Assembly (NCBI GenBank): GCA_043803765.1 | Contig: JAZDJQ010000001.1 | Span: 1-64,000 of the forward strand | Reading direction: 5' to 3' | Length of the DNA stretch: 64,000 bases | Origin: Candidatus Iainarchaeum sp. | GTDB taxonomy: Archaea > Iainarchaeota > Iainarchaeia > Iainarchaeales > VGJJ01 | Shown here: positions 9,383 through 20,700 of the stretch, in pieces | Layout of the letters: the number at the start of each line of letters is the position of its first letter | How positions within the stretch are numbered: the first letter of the stretch is position 1 | Position numbers and translations under genes: made by a program | Notes under the pieces: generated by a model | Seen by the model: only the letters and a program-made list of their open reading frames with translations | What the model was told of the DNA's origin: nothing | Databases searched by the model: none

Positions 9383-10087
9383 ATGCTCGCGTCAACCGTA
9401 TTGGAACGCACTCCTACTGAAATTATGGGATTAGATGATTTGATTGGAGGAGGAATTCCTAAAGGAAATTTGGTCGTATTAACCGGAGACCCGGGATCAG
9501 GAAAGACTATTTTTTGTCTCCAATATTTGTATCAGGGAGTGGTCAAGCACAATGAGACCTGCATATTTATTTCATTGGAAGAAAAAGCGGAAGAATTGAT
9601 CGAGACGGCGTCCATTTTTGGTTGGGATATTCAGTCTCAAATAAAGCAGGGAAAAATGATTATTCAAACAGTCGAATTGTATGATTTTGATAAGTTGCGT
9701 GATAGTATAGAGGATTTGGTAACGAAGCATAGGGCTTCCCGTCTTGTGATTGACCCGGGGGTTATTTTTCATTTGTATTTTGAAAGAGAACTCGATGCGA
9801 GGAAACGCATATTGAGTTTGGGGAAAATGCTCAAGAAACTAAATGTTACTACGATTATTACGAATGAAAGCACGACGGGCCAACATGGGGGATTGTATGG
9901 ATTGGAGGAATATGTTGCAGACGGCGTTATTTTGCTGTATCACACTCGTGTTGAAAACCGTTTTGTGCGGAGCATTGGAATACTCAAAATGAGAGACACT
10001 AAAATTAGTGACAAACTTCGTCCTGTGCGCATTACCCCGCAGGGAGTGGAAGTCCTTCCCAAGGAAGAATTGTTTTCAGAAGTATAG
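9383..10087 (+). CDS. KaiC/RAD55-family ATPase
   Basis: GDPGSGKT, SLEE, EEYVADGVI, LKMR. Confidence 0.9.
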   Translation: MLASTVLERTPTEIMGLDDLIGGGIPKGNLVVLTGDPGSGKTIFCLQYLYQGVVKHNETCIFISLEEKAEELIETASIFGWDIQSQIKQGKMIIQTVELYDFDKLRDSIEDLVTKHRASRLVIDPGVIFHLYFERELDARKRILSLGKMLKKLNVTTIITNESTTGQHGGLYGLEEYVADGVILLYHTRVENRFVRSIGILKMRDTKISDKLRPVRITPQGVEVLPKEELFSEV

Positions 10088-10106
10088 CACGTACAACATT
10101 ATTTTT

Positions 10107-11117
10107 TCATTTTCCTAATAAAAGGGAACCGAACGCCGTGTCCAATACGAATCGGATTAGGTAGAATAATCCATAGGAAAAAAACAGGATAACTGGAATA
10201 TACTTCACGCCATCTTTTTCTTTTCCTGTTGAAATCGAACCAAGGATGAGCGATGCGAATATTCCTCCAACGAACAATATGATTTGGGCAAAGAAAAATA
10301 CGAACTCGGGGGAAATGATGGCACTTTGCCCCCCAACAAACGAACTTAATCCTCCAAATCTTCCTCCGGCCGCCCCGATAACAGACGGGTCAATTGAGGG
10401 TTGTGCGGACATCTGGGCACTCATAACGGCAACAATAAAGCTTGATACGGCATAGAGTGCCGGCCCCCCGAATGCGGCAGAAAAGAATATGAGAATCACA
10501 TAAATGGAGATGGATGCTTTCGCTTCACTCTGCAAGGCGAGCTGCGTGCGCAGGTTGCGTGAGAGTTGCATGAGCAAATCCGCAATTTCTCCCCCGGAAG
10601 AGATGCCGCGGGCGAGCAGCCACATTGTTCGCTCTACAAGGGTTGATTTGATATGTTTCGAAATGTCGAGTATGGCACGTTCAACCGGCGTTCCGGATAA
10701 AATGCGCGTCGATACCCTTTTCATTTCTCCTTCAAATGGACCGAATTCGGGACGTGCGCTTACTAACATCGCACGTTCCGTTGTGAGTCCTGCTTTGATA
10801 TTGCTTGCGATGAGTTGCAGTGCATCCGGAAGAATTTTTTCCACTTGTTTTCCTCTTGATTCTGCTTGCAAATCAAGAAAGAGATAAATTCCCCCTATTA
10901 CAATGAAAAACGTAATGAAAAATCCAATGATAACGAGAAAATATGGCCATTGAAGGGCAAGGCTGGTGAATACGGTTGAAACAAATCCAAGCATGGCTGC
11001 CATCACCAAAATATTAATCACAAACTTACGCGAAGAAATGCGTATTCCGAGGTAAGCGAATTGTTGTTCGAATGCATCTTGGATGCGGTGCCAAATATGG
11101 GGATTGGAAGATGCCAT
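10107..11117 (-). CDS. Type IV pilus membrane platform protein (TadC/T2SSF)
   Basis: LPDALQLIASNIKAGLTTERA, GGEIADLL; multiple TMs. Confidence 0.88.
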   Translation of the reverse strand: MASSNPHIWHRIQDAFEQQFAYLGIRISSRKFVINILVMAAMLGFVSTVFTSLALQWPYFLVIIGFFITFFIVIGGIYLFLDLQAESRGKQVEKILPDALQLIASNIKAGLTTERAMLVSARPEFGPFEGEMKRVSTRILSGTPVERAILDISKHIKSTLVERTMWLLARGISSGGEIADLLMQLSRNLRTQLALQSEAKASISIYVILIFFSAAFGGPALYAVSSFIVAVMSAQMSAQPSIDPSVIGAAGGRFGGLSSFVGGQSAIISPEFVFFFAQIILFVGGIFASLILGSISTGKEKDGVKYIPVILFFSYGLFYLIRFVLDTAFGSLLLGK

Positions 11118-11119
11118 GT

Positions 11120-12013
11120 TTAATCTCCTAATAGGGATGGTCGTTTACTTTTTACGATTCCCATGTACATGAATTGTGCCACTCCTACTCCAATAAGAAG
11201 AATCCAGAAATATAATTCTGAAATATGGATTTGGGGAAAGGAAGAAAGAACAATAAGAAATGTGATACCTAATGCTGGAACGATGACGCCTAACATCATG
11301 TAAACAAGAGATAGTATTTTCATTTGACTTTCATAGTTTCGTATTTGAATGGATTGTGCTTCGGTGAGCGTATCTACACTTTCGGATAATACGGCTGAAA
11401 TATCTGCACCGGCTCTCATTCCATTTACGATTTGCCAGAGGGCACGGCGAAAGAATATGCTTGGATTGTTTTCTGCAATCCGTTCAAGGGCAACTTCTTG
11501 AATAGTTCCCGTGCTTATTTGGTCAACCGCTTTTTTGAACTCGCGCGAAACAGCACCGTAGTTTCCTTCTGCTACTACTTTCATCGATTCAAACAAACTA
11601 ACTCCGGAGCGTATCTGAACGAGTACGGTGCGCAGGGCAAACACAAGATTTCGATCCAAATCTCTTACTTTTTTCTTTACTCGAATAATGGGAAAAGTAA
11701 CAAGTTGAATAAATACGAGAAGAGAAAAAACACTGCTCACAACGAATGGAAGAATAAAGTTGAGCTGTCCGAACAATCGAAATGTTATGACAAAAAAGAG
11801 GAAGGAGAAGAAAATGAAATAGAATAGAATGATAACGAGTGACATGGTGGCGTATTCTTTCGCACTCACGGGAAGTTCTGCTTTGTGCATATCCTCATCC
11901 TTGAGTGGCATAATATGACTGAATTGGGTGCCTACTCCAATGAGGTGCTTGGAGGCCCAGCGCAGTAAAGGCACAGGCAACACGTTGAGTGGCATGTTAA
12001 ATCGCGCAATCAC
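11120..12013 (-). CDS. Type IV pilus membrane platform protein (TadB/TadC, T2SSF)
   Basis: LVFALRTVLVQIRSGVSLFES, GADISAVL; multiple TMs. Confidence 0.88.
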   Translation of the reverse strand: MIARFNMPLNVLPVPLLRWASKHLIGVGTQFSHIMPLKDEDMHKAELPVSAKEYATMSLVIILFYFIFFSFLFFVITFRLFGQLNFILPFVVSSVFSLLVFIQLVTFPIIRVKKKVRDLDRNLVFALRTVLVQIRSGVSLFESMKVVAEGNYGAVSREFKKAVDQISTGTIQEVALERIAENNPSIFFRRALWQIVNGMRAGADISAVLSESVDTLTEAQSIQIRNYESQMKILSLVYMMLGVIVPALGITFLIVLSSFPQIHISELYFWILLIGVGVAQFMYMGIVKSKRPSLLGD

Positions 12014-12035
12014 AACACATCACTTTTTCCTTGCC

Positions 12036-15000
12036 TCATCGGATGCCTGCCCTTTTGAGCACGGTGTCCGGATTGGAATAGTATTCGGCCATCACCCTCC
12101 CCACTTCATTAATATCACGTATTTTTTCTTTTACCATCCAGGTGAGGATTTTTTCTTTTTCGGTTATATTCTGGGTGAGTTCTTGTGCAGTAAACCCGGT
12201 ATGGAGTGCTAACTCGTCAAATAAGCGGATGCTTTCTCCATATTTTTCAATTTTGTCGCTGGCGGCGCGCCATCTAAAAAGAATATTGGGTTTGAGAACC
12301 GTTTTTCCTTCATTTCCTGTTTTTTGTGGAACAAATTCAGCTAGTTGTAGAATACGACGCACTCCTAATCGGCGATTTCGAAACATGACTGCGTTCAAGT
12401 GAACTGCTTCAAGCAAAGAAGGAGCAATATCTATTGGAGGGCTTGTGAGTCGTTGAATGGTTTCCTCTGCAGTGTTAGCGTGGACGGTAGCATACACACT
12501 ATGCCCTGTGTGCATGGCTTCAAACATGACTTCTGCCTCGCGTTGTCGACGCACTTCTCCTACGATGATTCGGTCAGGCCGCATACGCAATGCGTTCACC
12601 AGCAGGTCGAGCATTCCCACTCCGCCTTTTCCTTCTGCGTTTGGTTCACGCGTGGTCATGGGAACCCAATGCAAAAAATCGGGGAGAGTAAGCTCGCGAG
12701 TGTTGTGGCACACCACATTATTGCACACAAAACTCTCATTTCGAGGAACACTAAAATCGTAAACAAATCCTTCGAAAGGTCGGCGTTCGATTGAGACAAC
12801 TTGATCCCATTGTAAATCGTTGAATGCCAAATCATGTAATTGTTTTGGCAAATTGGGATAGTTCGTTACATGTTTTCGTAATAGTTCTCGACCAATATTT
12901 CCAGCATATTTGTATGATTTCCATCCCTTGTAGGTGCGTGATACTCCCACTTCAACTTTCAGGGCTTTCTTTATTTCTTTGTAGAAATGATGGGGTAGTG
13001 GAATTACATCGCTTACATCGTGATTGACTGAGGAAAGCCATTTTGCCGCTTTTTCGGTCTTGTGATTAATGACAAAGCCAATTTGTGAAACAAATTTAGA
13101 AAGGAACTTTTGTCCCGAAATTCTTGATTCGTATGTTTTGTCTTTTTTTAATTTCCATTTAACACGCAAGGAGATACCAAAACGGAGGAGAAGAGTCTGC
13201 GTATCTTTGAGCAGTTGCGCAGAGCTTGAGCCCACTACAATATCATTTTTGCGTACCCATCCATCACCTGAGAAGTATCCGCGCAATACGGCTGCTGCAA
13301 TATTTTTTGGAAGATTAAACACCCATTTGGGCATTTTTTTAGTGTAGGCATTTCCACGAAGATTCATTACACGTTCGACAAATTGTTTGAACGGCTTTGA
13401 GTGAATCATCAATGTAACTCCATCTGAGTGCATCTTGGGGGTGGTTCCGAATCGTTTGGCGATGCGGTGAACAATCTCACGAGCCTCGGGTTCTACAACG
13501 GAAATTAATACACTGTTTTTGTCATAACACCCGTCTGCTAGCCAAAGTCCAACAAAAGTGGCCAAATCCTCATCCACTTCAATATCTAAGGGTAATTGTA
13601 AACCCAACCGCGACGTAATCATCCCTGTTGAAGGAGTGTGGTGAATTTGCTGGAGCAGTTGAATGGAAGCAAGGCCCCTACGTCGTGCCCCGTTGATAGT
13701 ATTTTTGGAATAAGAATCTCGTAAAAGAGACATATTTTCAGTTAAAACAGAACGAATTTCCACACTTCGAACAAAACATCCTTCAAATGCAGATAGGTGA
13801 TGACGTAGATTAAATGAAACTTTTTCGCCGGCCCAATCAAGTTCACGCGGGGTCGCGAGCCATGATCCGACAGAAAGCGATTTTCCAGTAACCTCTGAAA
13901 TTTGGCCCGATTTTCCAATCCCAAAAAGTGAATGATCGGGAGTCACTTCAATTACCCGGCCACTTTTGAAAGTAATCGTAAGTAAATCTTTTTTGACCCA
14001 ATGTCGAATAAAATGACTAGGTTCACGCCACTCTATTTTTCCTTCCTTGGTCATAGACGGGATTTGAATCCCTTCATCATTCTCAATGGAAATGTCACGA
14101 ATGGAATCATCTTCAACAATTCCATCAATCAATTTTCCCACCGTCGTTTTAACGGTCTTGTTTTCAAGTTGATAGAGAATTTCCATTTCCCCGGATACAC
14201 TGTCTTCAATCGTGAGAACGCGTTGATTGGGCTGGATGAAAGGCAGCAGCACATTCAACAACGTTGTTTTTCCGCTCCCTGTTCCTCCCGATACCATAAT
14301 GTTGAGCTCGTATTCCATGGCGAGCCAAAGAATGGCGGTAGCATCAGGAGTAGACGTTCCAGCGTTAATGAAATCGGTTGCGGTCCATGGGTCACGGCGG
14401 AAGCGGCGAATAGTAATCGTGTTACCTCGTGAAGAAATAGGAAAAAGAGACGCATTGGCCCTATCTCCTGTAACAAGATGCGCATCTAAAAGTGGATTGA
14501 GTATGGTGACTTGTTTTCCTACGCGCCGGGCAATGATGCTGGCATAGTTTTGAATTTCGGCTTCCGGATGAATCGTAATATTAGTTTTCAACCATCCATG
14601 TTTTTTGTGATACACCCAAACAGGTTCGGTTGCAGAGTTTACTACAATTTCTTCCAAGTTGCCATCATATAATAGGTATTCAATCGGACCTAATCCTGCC
14701 ATTTCATTGACCATGACACTGGCTAGTTTTTCTCTAGACAAAGGGGGAAGGGATGAAAGGGAAGTAGTGAGAAGTGCCATTGCTTTTTCATGGAATGTTT
14801 TCTTTAGATCGGCTACGAATTTTGAATCAAGCATTTTTTCGGATGAGATGTTAACTTCCGTCACGATTTTTGTTTTCATGTCGTTGAGCATGGCTCGTGT
14901 TCCTGCTCCAAATTCGGGAAGATGTAACACATATCGTTTTACAAAATCATTTTCTTCTTTTCCCACATCAACAGTAATAGGAATGTCAGCAGCAACAACA

Positions 15001-15071
15001 TAGGTTTCATCGAGTTTGAATGACATCACATCACGCTTCCGGATCCTTGTATAGGATAAGGGGTTCTCCAA
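12036..15071 (-). CDS. Type II/IV secretion ATPase (VirB11/CpaF/FlaI-like), intein-containing
   Basis: GGTGSGKTT, TIED/TREL, LRMRPDRIIVGEVR, TGHSVYATVHA. True start may be ATG 15026. Confidence 0.92.
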   Translation of the reverse strand: MENPLSYTRIRKRDVMSFKLDETYVVAADIPITVDVGKEENDFVKRYVLHLPEFGAGTRAMLNDMKTKIVTEVNISSEKMLDSKFVADLKKTFHEKAMALLTTSLSSLPPLSREKLASVMVNEMAGLGPIEYLLYDGNLEEIVVNSATEPVWVYHKKHGWLKTNITIHPEAEIQNYASIIARRVGKQVTILNPLLDAHLVTGDRANASLFPISSRGNTITIRRFRRDPWTATDFINAGTSTPDATAILWLAMEYELNIMVSGGTGSGKTTLLNVLLPFIQPNQRVLTIEDSVSGEMEILYQLENKTVKTTVGKLIDGIVEDDSIRDISIENDEGIQIPSMTKEGKIEWREPSHFIRHWVKKDLLTITFKSGRVIEVTPDHSLFGIGKSGQISEVTGKSLSVGSWLATPRELDWAGEKVSFNLRHHLSAFEGCFVRSVEIRSVLTENMSLLRDSYSKNTINGARRRGLASIQLLQQIHHTPSTGMITSRLGLQLPLDIEVDEDLATFVGLWLADGCYDKNSVLISVVEPEAREIVHRIAKRFGTTPKMHSDGVTLMIHSKPFKQFVERVMNLRGNAYTKKMPKWVFNLPKNIAAAVLRGYFSGDGWVRKNDIVVGSSSAQLLKDTQTLLLRFGISLRVKWKLKKDKTYESRISGQKFLSKFVSQIGFVINHKTEKAAKWLSSVNHDVSDVIPLPHHFYKEIKKALKVEVGVSRTYKGWKSYKYAGNIGRELLRKHVTNYPNLPKQLHDLAFNDLQWDQVVSIERRPFEGFVYDFSVPRNESFVCNNVVCHNTRELTLPDFLHWVPMTTREPNAEGKGGVGMLDLLVNALRMRPDRIIVGEVRRQREAEVMFEAMHTGHSVYATVHANTAEETIQRLTSPPIDIAPSLLEAVHLNAVMFRNRRLGVRRILQLAEFVPQKTGNEGKTVLKPNILFRWRAASDKIEKYGESIRLFDELALHTGFTAQELTQNITEKEKILTWMVKEKIRDINEVGRVMAEYYSNPDTVLKRAGIR
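12702..14201 (-). mobile_element. Intein (500 aa) with LAGLIDADG homing endonuclease
   Basis: Begins Ser (SVSGEM) after IED, has VTPDHSLF (block B), GLWLADG and RGYFSGDG, VYDFSV, and ends CHN before Thr+1. Confidence 0.93.
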
Positions 15072-15558
15072 ATGCAGGGTATTTTACGCTTACAAGGCCA
15101 TTGTCTTCTAATGTTTGGAGCTCTTGTGCTACTTGTTCTTCTTTAAGGGCTAACAATCGTGCAATCTCATCTAGTTTTACTGATTTTCTTTTTTTTACTA
15201 AATCAAGAATGCGGTCATAATCGGTTACGATGGGGAGTTCTCTTGAAGAGGAATTAGACGTAATGGTAGAAGTAGAATGAGTTGGAAAAAAAGTACGCGC
15301 ACTTGATTTAATAGAAGAGAGAACGGTTGGTTTGCGGCTAGTTGGAAAAAAGGGCGGTGAAATAGAATCCTTCTGAGTAGGTCGAGTAGGCAAAGAAGAA
15401 TAGGGCAGCGTGGTTGAGGACAGAGAGGATGTTTCCTTTTGTCTCGTTACGGGGGGAATAGGCGATAATTCGGTTGGATGAGAAGATGGAAGGTGCAACC
15501 ATCGGGTAAGCGGAGCAAAAAGGGAGGGCTTCTTACGAGGCGTTTCCAAGGGAGTCAT
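15031..15558 (-). CDS. Protein with S/T/P-rich N-terminus and C-terminal winged-helix domain
   Basis: TDYDRILDLVKKRKSVKLDEIARLL...LQTLEDNGLVSVKY. Confidence 0.7.
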   Translation of the reverse strand: MTPLETPRKKPSLFAPLTRWLHLPSSHPTELSPIPPVTRQKETSSLSSTTLPYSSLPTRPTQKDSISPPFFPTSRKPTVLSSIKSSARTFFPTHSTSTITSNSSSRELPIVTDYDRILDLVKKRKSVKLDEIARLLALKEEQVAQELQTLEDNGLVSVKYPAFGEPLILYKDPEA

Positions 15559-15587
15559 GCTTCACTCAACGGTCTAGAGTTTTTAAT

Positions 15588-16727
15588 TCAAGGGGAGGAA
15601 ATCACGATAGGGGATGTAGCAGGAGAGGCATTTCCAGCATAATCGAGTGCGACGATAGTATATGCCCAATCTCCAATTCCAGGAAGCACTATTTCAGAAT
15701 TGGTGGAAGACGTTTCAAGTAAGGTGGTATAGGAAGTAAATCCTCCTGTGGCAAGTGTTTGTTGGTAGACGCGATACAATGCTACATCAGGGGAGGGGCT
15801 CGCATTCCATGTTAGTAAGTATCCATTTTCCAAAGCATGATAAGTAAGTTGTTCGGGAGGAAGCGGTGAACTCACGTCTTCTTGTACCAAAACGGAAATA
15901 GAATTACTTTCACCCAGTTGAGTCGTAGAATCATATACAACACCTATTGGAAAAAAAGTGGCACGCAATAATACCGCGGATTTTGGAAGAACAATAGAAA
16001 AGGAATGAGTGGATGATTTTCCTTCGGGCAATGTGTCAATTGAAACTTGTTGGAATGCATAGCCGATTTCTTTTTGTCCCGCATCGTACCATGCGAGACG
16101 AATAACATATAATTCGGTAAGAGAAAAATTTCCTTCGTTTAGTATAGACGCAGTGATGTTGGTCTTGGATGTAGTATATGCTGGTGTTGAAATAGGAGCA
16201 AGTGAAATGGAAACGATTGGTTGCATTTTGGTGCAGATGTTTTCCAAACATGCTTCTCCTTGCGGACAGCTGCAAGTACCACAATCCGAAATTAGTTTTT
16301 GATTCACACAACGCAAAGGAAGAGTGCGACTGCATTCTCCTTCAACCGTTGAGTCGATACAAATTGATTTTTTAGGAACGATATGCACAGTCCATTCTTT
16401 TGTTTGGGTTCCTGCTGAAATAAGGAACGTGTGTTTTCCCGCCTCTTCTTCATCAAATAAAAAAACAGGAGAAAAAGTACAAATGGAAGTTGTACAATTG
16501 TATGTTTGTTCGGGAGAACTATTAACACGCAATAATGCTCCTTCTGCTTGCGTAGCAGTAATGTGAATAGAAAATGAATCGCCTGCAAAAACACTTGAGG
16601 GGCCTTCCACAATAAGCGTTGAGGTAGGAATAATGGAAAACGTGTGAGGAGATTGGAAAATGAAATAGAGAACAACCCCGCCGGCCAATAATGCTACAAG
16701 CAATGCTGCTTGGTCGAATGCATTCAT
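15588..16727 (-). CDS. Membrane-anchored Cys-rich/fibronectin type III domain protein
   Basis: N-terminal TM, Cys cluster, PLPPEQL..LTWNAS..YTIVALDYAGNAS FN3 motif. Confidence 0.75.
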   Translation of the reverse strand: MNAFDQAALLVALLAGGVVLYFIFQSPHTFSIIPTSTLIVEGPSSVFAGDSFSIHITATQAEGALLRVNSSPEQTYNCTTSICTFSPVFLFDEEEAGKHTFLISAGTQTKEWTVHIVPKKSICIDSTVEGECSRTLPLRCVNQKLISDCGTCSCPQGEACLENICTKMQPIVSISLAPISTPAYTTSKTNITASILNEGNFSLTELYVIRLAWYDAGQKEIGYAFQQVSIDTLPEGKSSTHSFSIVLPKSAVLLRATFFPIGVVYDSTTQLGESNSISVLVQEDVSSPLPPEQLTYHALENGYLLTWNASPSPDVALYRVYQQTLATGGFTSYTTLLETSSTNSEIVLPGIGDWAYTIVALDYAGNASPATSPIVISSP

Positions 16728-17710
16728 TTGGGAAACACCACGACATTGCTTTTATACGTGCGGAAACCCTCTTTTTGGACGGAATAATTAGCATCTTGAA
16801 AATAGAAATTACTCACGCTTTCCTTGAATGTGAAAATAGTAGTAAAAATGATCGGCTCACCTGCATGAGAGAGAGAAAGACCGTTTCCTAAGGAGATCAT
16901 AATGGGTTGTGAGTTACATGCTCCCCCTACACAAGAATACGTGATGTCTCCCCATTCTTCGTTGAAGTGAAAAGCAATGTTTTTGTCACTTGCAGAGAGT
17001 GAACAATGAGTGCAGTTCTCATCAAGGAAAAAGAGTTGAAAGTAAGGTCCTTTGTTAGCGTTGTAGTCTTCATACACACACCCTCCTGTTCGGGTGCAGG
17101 ACACCATGTTATAATCGTCTGTTGTTTTAGGTAATGAAATAGTGAGAGTGATTCGGTCAATAGAATTTAGTGAAAAGAAATTAGCACAGCCAATGACAGA
17201 ATCCCCATTAAAATGAACAGTATTGGAATCCGCTAGATAATACTGCATGCATTGCGGGAGAATATTGAACCGCGCGGTTGAAGCATGTGTTCCACCCCAA
17301 TTACTTGTTTGGGGAACATTAAAGTCAACCGAAACACCATCAAATGTAGTAGTAGCATTCTGGTCCTCAATGAATATGCGGTAGGCATTCAGCAAATCGA
17401 GATAAAGAGAGAGTTTTCCACTACTAATAGGAAGTGTTTGGGTTAGGGTGAGCCGGTTCATATCTAATAAGTAAGAGAATGGAAGAATTCGTTGCTGAAT
17501 GGAAGGAAACCCAATCGACTGATCGAGCGTGATGATGTCGTCCGTAATATCATCATATTTGGCATTGATGGCATTTAGAATGGAAACTTCTATTGTTGTT
17601 TGTGAAAAACGATTGGAAGAATTGATGGAAAAAATAACAAGACCTAGAAGCACTCCGATGAATAGGAATGTGAGAAACGTAAACAATACCCCGCGAGAAG
17701 AATAATGCAT
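16724..17710 (-). CDS. Minor pilin-like protein
   Basis: MHYSSRG/VLFTFLTFLF class III-like signal; start taken at ATG 17710. Confidence 0.7.
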   Translation of the reverse strand: MHYSSRGVLFTFLTFLFIGVLLGLVIFSINSSNRFSQTTIEVSILNAINAKYDDITDDIITLDQSIGFPSIQQRILPFSYLLDMNRLTLTQTLPISSGKLSLYLDLLNAYRIFIEDQNATTTFDGVSVDFNVPQTSNWGGTHASTARFNILPQCMQYYLADSNTVHFNGDSVIGCANFFSLNSIDRITLTISLPKTTDDYNMVSCTRTGGCVYEDYNANKGPYFQLFFLDENCTHCSLSASDKNIAFHFNEEWGDITYSCVGGACNSQPIMISLGNGLSLSHAGEPIIFTTIFTFKESVSNFYFQDANYSVQKEGFRTYKSNVVVFPK

Positions 17711-17712
17711 AA

Positions 17713-20700
17713 TTATCCCCGCAACCACGCCCAATAGTCGAATGTAAAAAATTGCGTTGAGGGTGTGTAATAACAAAAAATAACATCCTGGTCATTGAAC
17801 GTACATTCTGGAATCGTATAATCAGGATTCACCACCGCGTATAATTCTCCTTCACTTGACACATTGTGCATGAACTCATAGGAGTAGTTCACGCATCCCG
17901 GGTTGAGTTGACCGCAGAGAGGAGGAATCGATACCGTGGAAAGAAGATGGGTGGGTGGTGCATCACGGTAGAAGGAAACACTTGATGAGATAGTATCCAA
18001 GTTGCCGATGCTTTCTACTTTGACAGTAAGATCCACATTATTTGTTCCTAATATGTCCCCTGAAAGAATGCTGATGTTGAGGTCGGCGTACTCAAATGTG
18101 CTGGTTGAAAAAACATTCCAATCCTGCATCTGAGTCGTTCCATTCGCATCCACATATTCAAAATGGGTTCCTGGACTTGGAATGGAAAGAAGCGTTGAAG
18201 AACAGGCAAGTTGCGAGTTACATGGAATATTAATCGTGTATTCTGCTACCCATGGCTGCGGTTCAAGAGTATTAATATCAAAAATGAGTTCGGTTCCTGA
18301 CAATAGGCCGTTTCCATCATCTACGATAATGAGTTGGTCTGAAATTCCTGCAATTAAATTGGCATCAGACGCAATGAGTTGAATTTCCTTGGCAATGATA
18401 TTATACACGTCAATGAGTGCATTCTGGTCGGCAGCAGCATAATATTTTCCTCCCGTAATAGTTGCAATGTTTTGTAATTCAGTCTCATCCGCATCTTTTC
18501 CAAAACCAATTGTATAGATGATAATCCCACTATTTGCTGCAGTAATAGCAGCGGATGAACTGCTCGTCCCGGTATTGGTTAACCCGTCGGAGAGAAGGAT
18601 TTGAAATGGAAGCGCGATGGGATTGTGTCGAATACTAGTGAGTTCGGTTGTAGCATTGTTGATAGCATACCCTGTTGCAGTTGACCCGTTGGCCACTAAT
18701 GCAGCAATATCTGATTTAACTAAATCAAAATTAGATGTAAGCGTTTGGTCAGTGGACGCGGTACTGGAATAGCTTACTAATCCCATTTGGTCGTAATTAG
18801 AATCCCACCCATTGAAGTCAACAAATGTAAGGGCGGCAGACTGGGCTTGTGAAATTTTAGGGCCCGTATCTAAATTGACCGTGGCTAATCCTTCGATTCC
18901 GGAGTCAACGGCAAGATATCCCCACAACACGCTGTCTACGGTGCGCAGTTCAATATCACGATAATTCCACGGAGTAGAATAATACGTGATAACGGAAAGG
19001 GACGATGGAGCAGTAGCATCAACAACATAGACGCTGCTTCCATCCGCCACATACGCAATAGCGTTGTCTACTTTGGTTGCGTATGCCGTTCCCGGCGTGT
19101 TGTATGTGTCGAGCAGCACCATCGAAGAAGGTGTTGAAACATCGAGTGTGCGCAAACCGGATGTTCCATCCGATACATAGGCAACATTCCCAGAAACCAA
19201 AACATCGTATGCTGTTCCGGATGTATTATACGTGTCTAAAAGAATGGGGGTGTTTCCCGATATGTTGAATGAATGCACTCCTGCTGACCCGTCGGCAACA
19301 TACGCCACATTATTGTCTAGAAATACGCGCCAAGGACTAGTAAGGGGATACGCTCCTAGAACAAATGGAGATGATTTGGAAGTCGTGTCTATTTTGACAA
19401 GACCGGGAATGAAATGGGTTTGAAAACGAGCATCCCTATTTTGGGAAGAAGTGTTTTGATATGCTTGCCCGCCCGAATAAGAATTATTAGAAGTCCCCCA
19501 GCGATAATAATTCGAACTGCTTGTAGCAGTAGTTGTGAGAACAAGATAGTACGTGTTCCCCGGAACAAGTGGGAGAATGGATGGAAATACGACATTCACA
19601 TACTGGTAAGACGTGGATACTGCACCGGATGATATTGTTCCTGAAACCAAATCACTTCCAGTAAGGGAACTGCGCACGCTTACGGTAATATTTCCTGAGG
19701 GATTCCCTTGACGATTTACTAAAACTTGTGCCCCTGAAATAAAGGCAATCGTTGGAGTAAAAGATTGCGCTCCATATAATTCAGAGGAACTCCTTCCGAT
19801 GTACAGTTGATTGTTTGTACTCCCAGTATTGCTGATATCATAATTGGTTGAAGAATACGTAACAAGGTATGTTTGATTTCCAATAGTAGCAACCCCGTAC
19901 GCATCCCCTCCTACATCTAAAGCAGAAATGGATAGTGCATTCGAAGGATTAGAAACATCAAAAATATGCAAACCGGATGTTCCATCCGCAAGGTACGCAT
20001 AGTTATTGCTTACTGTCACATCTCTTGCCGTTCCGGACGTGTTATACGTATCAACGAGAGCAGGGATGCCGGGGTCAGTAGCATCAATGTCACGCAAACC
20101 GGATGTGCTATCAGCAAGAAAGGCATAGTTTCCATCGAGTGCAACGGCTTGTGCATCCGTAGTCTCAAGTAAGTAGTCGTAACTCATGCTTCCCGAGCGG
20201 TCAATAACAAGCATCATGTCAACCGGTTTTCGTGCACCTGAATTAGTTGTAACGGAGAGTGTTACACTAATATTTTGGTCGCATGTCCACGGCCCGGGAG
20301 GAGTCACATTTACATCGAATTGAATGTTGATATCGGGCAGTGATTGTAATGAAAGAGAAGTGAGAAAAGGATTGTATGCAAATGGATTGGCAATAGAAGA
20401 AGAAAGGGCTCCGCTGCATTCGGATGCGGGTTGTTGTTTGATGAATATTCTTCTCCCGTGAACGAATGGCGCGTTTGTTGGAAGCGCAGTTCCAGTTGTA
20501 AGCGTTTGAACATTGGCATCGGGAAAACAAGAAACAAAATCTTGTGAACTTTGGCAAGCCGAAATATCAAGCGGGTAGGATTGCATTTGGAGATAAAAAT
20601 CATACGAATTAGGAAGAAGGGTGCGGGCATGAGTATACACATTTTGTAATGTTTGCATGGAAAAACCATTGACATCAATCTCATGCGAGACATACCCTGA

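Noticed and set aside
19140-20110. Recurring CAAACCGGATGT sequence
   Set aside because: Explained by LVIVD protein repeats (TSGL).
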